Positions 19,833 through 28,732 of a stretch of DNA of 55,920 bases are shown in pieces; position 1 is the first letter of the stretch; each line of letters opens with the position of its first letter. The notes below the pieces were generated by a model. That model had not been told where the DNA came from. It made no database searches and was given only the letters and a program-made list of their open reading frames with translations. Origin of the DNA: Myxococcales bacterium (GTDB lineage: Bacteria; Myxococcota_A; Polyangia; Haliangiales; Haliangiaceae). The position numbers and the translations under genes were made by a program. The DNA is taken from positions 885,625 to 941,544 of the forward strand of contig JADJGV010000034.1 of assembly GCA_016707895.1 (NCBI GenBank). The letters run 5' to 3'.

Positions 19833-19904
19833 ACCTGGTGGCACGACTTGCACGTGCGCCCGCCCGGTATCAAGCCGGGTGCTCTGCTGCTGAGCTACAC
19901 CAGG
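19833..19904 (-). tRNA. tRNA-like element (72 nt, class I cloverleaf, anticodon UGA; atypical D- and T-loops; possible pseudo-tRNA)
   Basis: On the minus strand the sequence reads CCTGGTG-UA-GCUC-AGCAGCA-GAGC-A-CCCGG-CUUGAUA-CCGGG-CGGGC-GCACG-UGCAAGU-CGUGC-CACCAGG-U. All four stems are perfect Watson-Crick. U8, A14, G15, C48, T54, C56 and C61 are conserved. G19 and U55 are missing, position 37 is U, and there is no encoded CCA. Confidence 0.45.
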
Positions 19905-20157
19905 GCACGAGGCTGTGGCCTCGCGATCCGCGCGCGGTGGCTGCCCCGCAGCCACACCACGCACCGATGCACGCTAGCTAACACGACGCCCGGCGCGCAC
20001 GCGAGCGAAATCGCCGCGCCGGTCGCCGGTGGCGCGTCGCGGCAGAAGGCGGCAGCGGTGGGCGCGGCGCGGGACGAACGGCCGGCCGGCACTCCATCCA
20101 CGCGTCGACGGCGGGCCCGGGGAATGGACCTCGGGCCACGCCGCCTTGGAGCCACCC

Positions 20158-22059
20158 ATGCAACGCACCATCCTCCTCTCCGTGCTCGCCGCCGCCGCCA
20201 CCGTCGGCGCCGCCGGCACCGCCCGCGCCCAGAGCGCGACCGTCGAGTGCTACTTCTCGCCCGCGAGCACGCTCGCCCCGCTGGCGACCGCTGGCGCCAA
20301 CGGCTCGTTCGCCGCCAACGGCGGCGCGACGATCGCGGGCTACCAGCCGTACTACGAGACGACCTACGCGATCGACGTCGGCGTCTGGGTCGACGACGCG
20401 TTCCTCGCCACCACCCCCGACGCTGCGTCGCTGGCGCTGCGGTACTTCGAGCACGCCAACTGCGTGTTCGCCGCCGGCGCGAACCAGGACACCGGCGACG
20501 GCGTCAACGAGGCATCGCTGCGCCTGGCCGGCAACCGCATCCGCTACTACGCGCACACGACGCCCAACGCGCCCGGCTCGACCGCGCCGTGGGGCCAGCA
20601 GTACAACTGGGACTGGGCGCAGGCGATGAAGGGGATGAGCGGCATCCCCAAGGTCAACATCCTGTTCACGACCAACCTGGCCGCCGATGCCAACGCCGCC
20701 GGCGCCTACAACCGGCTGACCTGGGGCGGCGCGGCGAACGGCATCGGCCAGGGCAACGCGATCATCGCCGTCGATCCCGCCTGGTTCCAGAACGGCATGA
20801 CCTCGGGCATCTTGCGCGACCTCGCCGAGGACTGGTGGGGGCTGATCGCCGCCCACGAGGCCGGGCACGCGCTCGGCGGCGTCCACCTGCCGACGCAGTA
20901 CGACACGATGTGCTGCGACACCCCGGCCAACAACTACCCCGGCAGCGTCATGGGCACGACCCCGTCCGAGGACTTCACGGTGGCGCAGTCGACGTGGGAC
21001 CTGATCACGGCGAACGACGCCAGCGACGTCGACAGCTACAGCGACCCGTACAAGACCACGGCCAACCCGGTGACCAACGTCACCTGGAGCTTCGACGACA
21101 TCTCCGACTTCCTGTTCGATCGCGCCGGCGGTGACGTCTGGGTCGCGCCGTCGACCGGGGCGTCGTTCCTGGCGCGGACGCTGCGCCACGACTGGTTCTG
21201 CATCAACAGCGAGACCTGCCTGACCGGCGACGTCAACGGCGACGGCCGCGCCGATCTGATCGCGTTCACCCGCGGCACCACCGGCGACGTCTACGTCGCG
21301 CTCGGCACCGCCAACGGCGGCTTCGCCGGCACCGGCATCAAGTGGCACGACTTCTTCGCGATCAACAGCGAGACGCCGCTCGTCGGCGACTGGAACGGCG
21401 ACGGCAAGGACGACATCGCGGCGTTCACCGGCGGCACCACCGGCGACGTCTACGTCGCGCTGTCGACCGGCAGCTCGTTCAGCGGCACCGGCGTGGTGTG
21501 GCACACGTACTTCGCCCCCAACGGCGAGGTGCCGCTGGCCGGCGACTGGAACGGCGACGGCAAGGACGACATCGCCGGGCTCACCCGCGGCACCACCGGC
21601 GACGTCTTCGTCGCGCTGTCGAGCGGCGCCGGCTTCGGCGCCCGCACCAAGTGGCACGAGTTCTTCAGCATCAACAGCGAGATGCCGCTGGCTGGCGACT
21701 GGAACGGCGACGGCAAGGACGACCTCGCGACCTTGACCCGCGGCACCACCGGCGACGTCTACGTCACCTTCTCGACCGGCGCGGCCTTCAACGGCACCGG
21801 CCTCAAGTGGCATGACTTCTTCTGCATCAACGCCGAGGTGCCGTTCGCCGGCGACGTCAACCACGACGGCAAGGACGATCTGGTGTCGTTCGCCCGCGAC
21901 GCCGGCGGTCACGTCTACGCCGCGCGCTCGAACGGCGCCGCCTTCGTCGGCACCAACTGGGTGTGGACCACCGGCCTGTGCATCGGCGACGACGTCTGCG
22001 GGCTGGCCGACGTCACCGGCGACGGCCGCGCCGACGCCCTGGCGTTCGGCCGCAACTGA
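20158..22059 (+). CDS. secreted zinc metalloprotease (HEAGH zincin) fused to a 7-repeat FG-GAP/integrin-alpha beta-propeller
   Basis: Signal MQRTILLSVLAAAATVGAAGTARA. HEXXH motif IAAHEAGHALGGVH. C-terminal seven ~60-aa repeats of the form GDxNGDGKDDxxxxTxGTTGDVYVALSTG..F...W. Confidence 0.6.
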   Translation: MQRTILLSVLAAAATVGAAGTARAQSATVECYFSPASTLAPLATAGANGSFAANGGATIAGYQPYYETTYAIDVGVWVDDAFLATTPDAASLALRYFEHANCVFAAGANQDTGDGVNEASLRLAGNRIRYYAHTTPNAPGSTAPWGQQYNWDWAQAMKGMSGIPKVNILFTTNLAADANAAGAYNRLTWGGAANGIGQGNAIIAVDPAWFQNGMTSGILRDLAEDWWGLIAAHEAGHALGGVHLPTQYDTMCCDTPANNYPGSVMGTTPSEDFTVAQSTWDLITANDASDVDSYSDPYKTTANPVTNVTWSFDDISDFLFDRAGGDVWVAPSTGASFLARTLRHDWFCINSETCLTGDVNGDGRADLIAFTRGTTGDVYVALGTANGGFAGTGIKWHDFFAINSETPLVGDWNGDGKDDIAAFTGGTTGDVYVALSTGSSFSGTGVVWHTYFAPNGEVPLAGDWNGDGKDDIAGLTRGTTGDVFVALSSGAGFGARTKWHEFFSINSEMPLAGDWNGDGKDDLATLTRGTTGDVYVTFSTGAAFNGTGLKWHDFFCINAEVPFAGDVNHDGKDDLVSFARDAGGHVYAARSNGAAFVGTNWVWTTGLCIGDDVCGLADVTGDGRADALAFGRN

Positions 22060-22210
22060 GTTCCTGGAGGGCGTGTCGCCACGCCCTCCCCCGTCGGGTC
22101 ATGCCCCGACGGGGCCCCCTCCCAAGACGCGAAACGCCTGGCGCATGGGTCGGTGCTCGGCCGAAGGACTTACAGGCTCTGAATCTCAGGGGGCTGGGTC
22201 GCCCACCCCC

Positions 22211-25200
22211 TCAGGCGCGGCGCAGCGCCTCGAGGTCGCGGATCAGCTCGGAGTAGGCGACCGGGTCGACGTCGCCGAAGGTCGCGCCGGCCGAGAGGTG
22301 GAGCTCGCCGAGCGTCTGGGGTCGCGCACCGTCGGCGAGGTCGGCGATCTCGAAGCCCGGCGACAGCTCGATGGTGGCCACGGCCACGCCGCCGCGGGTC
22401 GCGACGGTCCGCCGGTACGCGGCGACGCTGCCCGGGCTGCTGCGCTCGAACCCGCGCGCCTCCAGGACGCCGAGCAGCGTGACGGTCGGCACGCCGAGGC
22501 CGGCGAAGCGCGACGAGCGCGCGGCCGCCACCTCGGTCGGCGGGCACGCGTAGGTCTCGCGCGTCAGCTGGGCGAAGGGCTGGATGAGCTCGTAGTCGGC
22601 GAACACCCCGGCCCAGGCGCGCACGTCGTCCGCGAGCTCGAGCGGATGCGCCACGCTGACCCGGCAGGCCGGCCCCAGCGTGAGCAGCGCGTCGTCGACG
22701 GTGGCGAACGTACCGTCCTCGGCGACGCGGTAGGTCGCGGCGCGGTCGCCATCGACGGCGCGCCACACCAGCGCGCGCGCGAGCGCGGCCAGCAGCGGAT
22801 GCGCCACGACGCGCTGCTGGAAGTCCGGCAGGCTCCAGCGTCGGCCGCGCACCATCGCGTGCTCGAGGCGCCGGAGCTGGCGATCCGCGGTGGCGGCGGC
22901 GTCGGCCTTGAGCGCCTTGAGTCGCGCGAGCGCCGCGTCGGCCAGCGCCGGGTCGTCGTCCTTGGTCTTGCGCGGCAGGCCGCGGAGCGTGGTGCCGCGC
23001 TCGTCCTTGACGACCAGGGCGAGCCCGGCGTCCAGCGACGCCGTGAAGGTCCGCGCGCCGAACGACACCCGCAGGCGCCCGTCGCCATCGAGCCCGAGGT
23101 CGGGCACGGTGCGATCTTCCAGCGCGTCGCGGTCGAGCCCCCGCGCCGCGGCGGCTTCGTCGAGCAGCGCGTTGACCACGCCGCGCAGGTCGTGGAACCG
23201 CGACGTCGCGGCGATGTGGCCGAGGTGCATGATCGCCGCGTCGCTGGCCAGCGCGGCGAGCGCCACGCAGGCGCGCTCGGCCTTGGCCTTGTCGCGCCGC
23301 GCCCAGTCCCGCGCCAGGGCGGGCAGGCGTCGCTCGCTCTCGGGGCTGGGGAAGTAGACGACGGCGTGCAGCATCCACGCGTGGCGCCCGGGGCTGTCGG
23401 CCAGGAGCCACTGCTCGAGGAGGCCATGGGCGAACGCCCCGAGCGACGCCAGATCGAGCGCGGCGAGGCGCGCCAGCCCTGGATACGGCGCGTCGAGGGA
23501 AGAGATCGAGACCATCTCGACCAGCGCGGCGATCGCCGGCGCTGGCAGGGGTTCGCCGCTCGCCAGGCGCACGCGCGGCAGCCGCTCCAGCCGCAGGAAC
23601 GCGGGCAGCTTGGGCGGCGCCAAGCGCACGCGCAGCGGATCGCGCTCGAGCAGCGCGTCGATGACGCCGGCCGCGTCGGCGCCGTAGCGCGCGGCGGCGG
23701 CGGTGACGACGGCGGCGTGCCCGGCGGTCGCGAGGAAGGCCAGCGCCGCCTCGGCGTCGTCGCGATCCGGCCCCAGCGCCCCCACCGCGGCGGGGATCAA
23801 GCCGAGCGCGGCGGTCTCGGCGTGCGCCGCCAGCCAGGCGCGCGCCGCGCGGCGGTGGGCCTTGCGCCGCGCCGCGATGCGCGCGAACAGCGGGGCCGCC
23901 CGCGGCGACACGAAGCTCACGATGGCCGCCAGGAAGTCGTCGGCGCCTTCGTAGTCGAGGTTGCCGAGCCGGTCCTTGTGCAGGAAGCCAGGGAGGGCCG
24001 CCAGCCCGTGGCGTGCCACCCAGGCGACCGCCTCCGTGTCGAGCCACCCGCCCCCCTGGTTCCAGGTGTCGAGGCTGAGCCGGGCAGGGCGCGCGTCGTC
24101 GTCGCGCTCGTGGTCGTGGGCAGCGGGGGGCAGTTCGACGTGCTCCTCGAGGCCCGGCAACAGCGCGACACCCTCGAGCACGCGCCCCTTGGGGGGCGGC
24201 TGGCGCCACGGCCGCTCGCGCAGCACCGCTGGCAGCGCCACCTCGGGAGCCGGCGCCGTATCGTCACCGGCGGCGGCCGTGACGACGCGCTTGGCCAGCG
24301 CCTTGCCCTTGGGGCCGGTGGCCAGCGCCTCGGCCAGCTCGGGATGATCCTGGAAGTAGCCGGCGACGATCGCGTTGAGGATGGGGTGCCCCGCGTAGGC
24401 CGCGAGGATCCGCGCCGCGGCCTCGCTCGCGAAGCAGGTCAGCGCCGTCGCCAGGTCGCGTGGCGGGGTCTTTAGGACCGGGCCGTAGCCGGGCTTGGCG
24501 AGCGCCCCGGGGATCGCGGCGCCGAGGAGCGCCAGCGCGTCCGCCTCCGGCACGCTGACGGCGATCTCCGCGGCGTAGAGCCCCAGCGTGAATGGCGCGA
24601 CGCTCCCGCCGAAGCGGCGTACCAGCGCGGGCTCGCGGCAACAGCTGAGCAGGAACTCGACGTCGCGCCGCGGGTCGTCGGGCGGCTCGCCGAGCCAGGC
24701 CGTCAGCGCCGCGTCGCCCCAAGGCTCGTCGGGGAACGCGTACGCCAGGTGCGCCGCGATCCACGGCGCGGCGCCGGCGCCGAGCGCGCGCGCGCGGTCC
24801 CGCGCGGCCGCGTAGTCCGCGTCGCGCGCTGCGCACACCGCGCTGCGGATCGGGCGCCACGCCTCGCCGACCCACGAGGCCTTCGTCGCGTCCTTGCGGA
24901 GGTAGATCTCCTGGGTCCAGTTGCCGGGCGAGTCGACGCTCAGGTCGAGCGCGAGGCGCGCCGCCTCGACCAGATCGGCGACGCCGCGGGCCTCTGCCAG
25001 CGCCGGCGCGATGGGCAGGTCGCGATCCAGCCGATGCGCCATGCACATGAACGCCGCCAGCGTCTCGAGGCTGGCGTCGGCCAGCCGCGCGCGCGTCAGG
25101 TCGTCGATCAGCGCATGGGCCGCGGCCCGCAGCGGCGCGAGCTCGGGCAGGTAGCTCGACTGGACGCCGCGCGCCAGCGCCGCGCGATACGTGAACCGCC

Positions 25201-25318
25201 CGTGCGTGAGCTTGGCGCGCAGCGCCTCGATCGGCTTGCGCGCGGGCGCGGCGATCGTCGCCGGGATGGCCCGGCGTGGCCTGAGCGAGCGCAGCACCGC
25301 GTCCGGGATCGTCTGCAT
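22211..25318 (-). CDS. large helical-repeat protein, DUF4132-like C-terminal domain (1035 aa)
   Basis: Intact 1035-aa ORF starting MQTIPDAVLRSL. The C-terminal region (...LRRLEHAMVRGRRWSLPDFQQRVVAHPLLAALARALVWRAVDGD...) resembles DUF4132 (the MolR-like family) as I recall it. I could not verify the match. Confidence 0.45.
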   Translation of the reverse strand: MQTIPDAVLRSLRPRRAIPATIAAPARKPIEALRAKLTHGRFTYRAALARGVQSSYLPELAPLRAAAHALIDDLTRARLADASLETLAAFMCMAHRLDRDLPIAPALAEARGVADLVEAARLALDLSVDSPGNWTQEIYLRKDATKASWVGEAWRPIRSAVCAARDADYAAARDRARALGAGAAPWIAAHLAYAFPDEPWGDAALTAWLGEPPDDPRRDVEFLLSCCREPALVRRFGGSVAPFTLGLYAAEIAVSVPEADALALLGAAIPGALAKPGYGPVLKTPPRDLATALTCFASEAAARILAAYAGHPILNAIVAGYFQDHPELAEALATGPKGKALAKRVVTAAAGDDTAPAPEVALPAVLRERPWRQPPPKGRVLEGVALLPGLEEHVELPPAAHDHERDDDARPARLSLDTWNQGGGWLDTEAVAWVARHGLAALPGFLHKDRLGNLDYEGADDFLAAIVSFVSPRAAPLFARIAARRKAHRRAARAWLAAHAETAALGLIPAAVGALGPDRDDAEAALAFLATAGHAAVVTAAAARYGADAAGVIDALLERDPLRVRLAPPKLPAFLRLERLPRVRLASGEPLPAPAIAALVEMVSISSLDAPYPGLARLAALDLASLGAFAHGLLEQWLLADSPGRHAWMLHAVVYFPSPESERRLPALARDWARRDKAKAERACVALAALASDAAIMHLGHIAATSRFHDLRGVVNALLDEAAAARGLDRDALEDRTVPDLGLDGDGRLRVSFGARTFTASLDAGLALVVKDERGTTLRGLPRKTKDDDPALADAALARLKALKADAAATADRQLRRLEHAMVRGRRWSLPDFQQRVVAHPLLAALARALVWRAVDGDRAATYRVAEDGTFATVDDALLTLGPACRVSVAHPLELADDVRAWAGVFADYELIQPFAQLTRETYACPPTEVAAARSSRFAGLGVPTVTLLGVLEARGFERSSPGSVAAYRRTVATRGGVAVATIELSPGFEIADLADGARPQTLGELHLSAGATFGDVDPVAYSELIRDLEALRRA

Positions 25319-25433
25319 GCCAGTCCGGACTCTCGCCCATCCGGCGGCGCCGCGGAAGCGCCGCCGCGCGTCCGACGGTGCCGCGACGAGCGGCGCGACC
25401 ACCGATGGCCCGCGCTCGGCCGATTCAGGCGGC

Positions 25434-25444
25434 GGGGGGGGGGG
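25434..25444. repeat. G11 homopolymer tract in intergenic/promoter region
   Basis: Eleven consecutive G at 25434-25444, about 115 bp upstream of the DUF4132-like gene start and 90 bp downstream of the MpaB stop. Confidence 0.9.
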
Positions 25445-25532
25445 CGGTTAGACGGGTCACCGTGCACAGACGACCCAGCGCGAGCCAGCCCGTCGCGGCG
25501 CGCCGGCGGCGACCACGTTCAGCGCGCCGACG

Positions 25533-26849
25533 TCAGGGCCGCGGCGCTGGACCGGGGGCCGCGCAGGTGGCCTGGGCCAGCGAGCGGGCCAGGTGCTGCA
25601 CCGGCGTGAACGTGGTGTCGGCGCGGGTCTGGCGGATGGCCTGCGGGAACTGCGTCGCGGCGAGGTGCTCGCCCCAGCGGACGTAGAGGCGGTTGACGAG
25701 CGGCACGCTGGCGCGCACCGCCTCGAGGCCGAGGCGCAGCGGCACCTGCGCGGGCCACAGGTACTTGGCGGCGGTGCGCGGCAGGCCCAGCGCGTCGCCG
25801 GCGCGATCGCCGAGCACGTAGCGGGTGTAGCCGATGCGCAGCGTACGCTCGAGCCGGGCCCCGCGCTGCCGCAGCCAGCCGTCGCCGGCGCGCTGCAGCG
25901 GCACGTCGGCCAGGGCCTGACCGAGCGCCCGGGTGTCGTCGTCGGCGGGCGGGATGGTCGCCGCCATCAGGTACATGGCGCGGTTGGCGTCGTCCTCGCA
26001 CGTGGGCAGGATGCGCTCGTCGACGCCGAGCAGGTAGCCGACGTAGCGCCACAGGTGCACGACGGCCTCGCGCTCGCGCTTGCTGAAGACGAAGCCGAGC
26101 GCGCGCAGGCCGAACAGGTAGATCGACGAGAACTCGAGGATCGTCGCCATCGAGTCGGCCTGGTTGAGCGGGTGGCCCCACGCGGGATCCCACTTGCCCG
26201 AGCGCAGCAGCATCGCGCGCACCTGCGCGTGCATGACGCGCACGCGCACCGCGCTCTGCCAGCCCGCGGCGAAGCGCTCGAGGCCGCCGGGCGTGGTCAC
26301 GTCCAGCCAGAACTTGCCGGTCTCGACGAGGCGCCGCGGCGTCACCCGCTCGAGCTGGCCGGTGAAGACCAGCGGCTTGGCGGCCGCGGCCCCGAGGTAG
26401 CCGCCCATGAGCGACAGGTTGCGCAGCGCCAGCTCGCCCCATGGGCCGACGCGGCGCGACACCTCGCACGCGAGCGCCAGCTTGTCGCGGTCGAGCCAGA
26501 TCGGCTCGCGATCGAGCTGCGCGAACAGCGCGACCAGCGCCGCTGGGGCGTCGGCGACGGTCGCGATGCCGTGGGCCAGCGCCTGATCGAGCAGCGCGCG
26601 GCCGTGGCCGTCGGTCCTGGCTTGCGCGACCACCGCGTCGGCCAGCGGGTCACCCATGACCAGGTAGCCCTTGAGCGCCTCGACCTGCGCGTCCGTCGGG
26701 TGCGGGTCGGAGCCGACGACCCAGCGGAACAGCTGGCGGTGCCACCGCAGCGTCGGGCGGTGGTGGTCGCCGACGCGGTCGAGCGCGGCGATCGCCGCGG
26801 CCTCGGACGGGGGCATCGGCGGGGGCATCGGGCGGGAGGCCGGGGGCAT
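25533..26849 (-). CDS. MpaB-family (DUF2236) putative oxygenase
   Basis: About 438 aa starting MPPASRPMPPPMPP. Size and the divergent arrangement with a TetR gene are typical of MpaB/DUF2236. The family assignment is from memory. Confidence 0.45.
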   Translation of the reverse strand: MPPASRPMPPPMPPSEAAAIAALDRVGDHHRPTLRWHRQLFRWVVGSDPHPTDAQVEALKGYLVMGDPLADAVVAQARTDGHGRALLDQALAHGIATVADAPAALVALFAQLDREPIWLDRDKLALACEVSRRVGPWGELALRNLSLMGGYLGAAAAKPLVFTGQLERVTPRRLVETGKFWLDVTTPGGLERFAAGWQSAVRVRVMHAQVRAMLLRSGKWDPAWGHPLNQADSMATILEFSSIYLFGLRALGFVFSKREREAVVHLWRYVGYLLGVDERILPTCEDDANRAMYLMAATIPPADDDTRALGQALADVPLQRAGDGWLRQRGARLERTLRIGYTRYVLGDRAGDALGLPRTAAKYLWPAQVPLRLGLEAVRASVPLVNRLYVRWGEHLAATQFPQAIRQTRADTTFTPVQHLARSLAQATCAAPGPAPRP

Positions 26850-26861
26850 GCTACAACCATA

Positions 26862-26897
26862 ATCCGAGCAAACGCTCGGTTCTACTCGGGTTCGGAT
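26862..26897. promoter_or_regulatory. nested inverted repeat (putative TetR operator) in the mpaB-tetR divergent spacer
   Basis: ATCCGAGCaaacGCTCGGttctactcgggTTCGGAT. Inner palindrome CCGAGC-N4-GCTCGG; outer ATCCGA...TCGGAT. Ends 2 nt before the tetR ATG. Confidence 0.4.
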
Positions 26898-26898
26898 C

Positions 26899-27591
26899 AT
26901 GGCCTCCAGACGCGCGATCCCGGAGCTGGCTCCTCGGAAGCGGCCCACGCAGGCGCGGGCGCAGCGGACCTACCGCGCGATCGTCGAGGCCGGGGCTCGG
27001 GTCCTGGAGCGCCACGGCTACGAGGCGCTGACCACCAACCGGGTCGCCGAGCTGGCCGGCGTCGGGATCGCGTCGCTGTACGAGTACTTCCCCAACAAGC
27101 ACGCGCTGACCGCCGAGGTCGTGCGCCATGTCCTCGACGGCTTGCTCGCCGAGCTCGGCGCGAGCACGCAGCTCATCACCGGCGCGCCGCCCGAGGACGC
27201 GATGCGGGCGTGGCTCGGGGCCATGTACGCCGCCGTCGCGAAGCGCCGCGCGGTGGTCCGGGTGATCGTCCAGGAGGTGCCGTTCCTGTGGGCCATCCCG
27301 GCCGTCGATCAGGCGCGCGCGCTCCTGCTCGCCCTCGCGCGCTCGACCCGCGACCTCGACGCCCGCGCCCGCCGCGCGCCGCCGCTGTCCGACGCGACGG
27401 TCTACCTGCTCGCGACGATGACCGGCGCCGCCGTGCTCGAGGCCGTGCTGCGCCCGCCCGCCGATCACACGCCTGACGAGCTGATCACCGCGCTGGCCGA
27501 GGTCATCCTGCGCGCCACGGGCCAGCCGCCCGCGCCGCGCCGCGCGCCGCCCCGGCGTGGTCCACGGACGACGGGCGCGCGCCGCGCCTGA
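26899..27591 (+). CDS. TetR-family transcriptional regulator
   Basis: HTH: TNRVAELAGVGIASLYEYFPNKHALTAEVV. 230 aa. Divergent from the MpaB gene, with a palindromic operator-like sequence in the 50-bp spacer. Confidence 0.75.
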   Translation: MASRRAIPELAPRKRPTQARAQRTYRAIVEAGARVLERHGYEALTTNRVAELAGVGIASLYEYFPNKHALTAEVVRHVLDGLLAELGASTQLITGAPPEDAMRAWLGAMYAAVAKRRAVVRVIVQEVPFLWAIPAVDQARALLLALARSTRDLDARARRAPPLSDATVYLLATMTGAAVLEAVLRPPADHTPDELITALAEVILRATGQPPAPRRAPPRRGPRTTGARRA

Positions 27592-27683
27592 GCCCCACGC
27601 CCGCGGCGAAGTTGGCGTCCCGCCCCGCCTCACGTGACGCCCGCGAATGGAAGCGCGGCAGCGGGCGTTCTGGTGAAGACGAG

Positions 27684-28106
27684 ATGCGAACAAGGACGAA
27701 GATGATGCAGGCACGTGCGACGTTGCTCGCGGTCGCGATGCTCGGTGGCTGCGAGGCCTCGCCGTCCCGATCGGAGCGAACGCCGGTGAACCGTCCGGCT
27801 CCCACCACCACGCCGAGCGTGACCGCTGACGGTGAGGACGGTGGCCGGGTCACGATCGAGCAGCGCCGGCTAGCCGCGGTGTTCGGGAGCCCGGACTTCC
27901 ATGACGTCGAGTACGGCACCCGCGCGGCGGTCTCGAGCGACGGCACGTTGGTCGCGGCGCTCGTCCACGAGATGCCGGACTTCGGGGCACGAGGCGCCCG
28001 ACAGGGGGGCCGCGGCGGCGTCGCCAGCCATGCCGGGTCCACCCCGGGCTCCAGGCCGGAGGACGAGGGCGCGGACGTCGCGCTGCCCGACAACGGGCCG
28101 CCCTAG
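27684..28106 (+). CDS. small lipoprotein (paralog of 32182-33012, shorter)
   Basis: MRTRTKMMQARATLLAVAMLGGC is a lipobox signal. Nucleotide-level similarity of the signal region and upstream leader to the 32.1 kb copy. Confidence 0.45.
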   Translation: MRTRTKMMQARATLLAVAMLGGCEASPSRSERTPVNRPAPTTTPSVTADGEDGGRVTIEQRRLAAVFGSPDFHDVEYGTRAAVSSDGTLVAALVHEMPDFGARGARQGGRGGVASHAGSTPGSRPEDEGADVALPDNGPP

Positions 28107-28373
28107 TCGAGGGCAGCCCCGTCCGACGGCGGCACGCACCTCCTCGTTCCGCGCGCCTGGGAAGACGCCCACCTTGGCGGGGGGCTGCGGCTCCATCTTA
28201 CTCAGGTGCTGGCCAGCGGCGACGGGGGGGGCCGGGCGGGGCCCCTCTGTTGGCTGGTGGCGGGCTGGGGCCGGCTTCGCTGGCAGGTTCAGGCGGCGCG
28301 CCGCGCCGGGGGGCAGCCACGCGGCAACAGCCCGCCGTTCCGCCGTCGAGAAGGCGGCACGGCGCGTGCTTCA

Positions 28374-28712
28374 ATGGCGGCCATGAGGACCAGCATCCTG
28401 GTGATGGTGACGCTGCTGGCCAACGGCGCGTGCGCGTTGTACGGCGAGGATGGCGGCGACGATGGTGACAGCGGCAGCGGGCAGCTGTGCGGTGGCCTCA
28501 CCGGCCGCGGCTGTCCGAGCGACGAGTTCTGCGACTACCCGGTCGAGCACGCGTGCGGCATCGCGGACGGCGGCGGCGCGTGTCGCACGCGCCCATCCGC
28601 GTGTCCCGAGAACTACGCCCCGGTGATCGGCAGCGACGGGCAACGCTACGACAACGCGTGCTTCGCCCACGCGGCGGGCGCCGACGACTGCGAGCCCGCG
28701 CCGGCGCCTTGA
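28374..28712 (+). CDS. small secreted Cys-rich protein with Kazal-like protease-inhibitor motif
   Basis: Signal MAAMRTSILVMVTLLANGACA. 8 Cys. CPENYAPVIGSDGQRYDNACFAHAAGADDC fits the Kazal pattern CPxxYxPV(C)GSDGxTYxNxC...C, with the third Cys replaced by Ile. Confidence 0.5.
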   Translation: MAAMRTSILVMVTLLANGACALYGEDGGDDGDSGSGQLCGGLTGRGCPSDEFCDYPVEHACGIADGGGACRTRPSACPENYAPVIGSDGQRYDNACFAHAAGADDCEPAPAP

Positions 28713-28732
28713 CGGCGCGCGAGCCGCACCGA

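Noticed and set aside
16975-19893. 972-aa plus-strand ORF and 789-aa minus-strand ORF (17504-19873) overlapping the 741-aa gene
   Set aside because: Both are extremely Arg/Pro/Gly-rich low-complexity frames. The third frame (17596-19821) has normal composition and is taken as the real gene.
19834-19904. Plus-strand reading of the tRNA-like cloverleaf
   Set aside because: The stems are self-complementary, so both strands fold. However, only the minus-strand version has U8, A14, T54, C56 and C61 in the right places, and the plus-strand version has G8 and a non-tRNA D loop.
21812-24475. 887-aa plus-strand ORF and 679-aa minus ORF (22170-24209) over the DUF4132-like gene
   Set aside because: Low-complexity Arg/Gly-rich alternative frames of the 22211-25318 gene.
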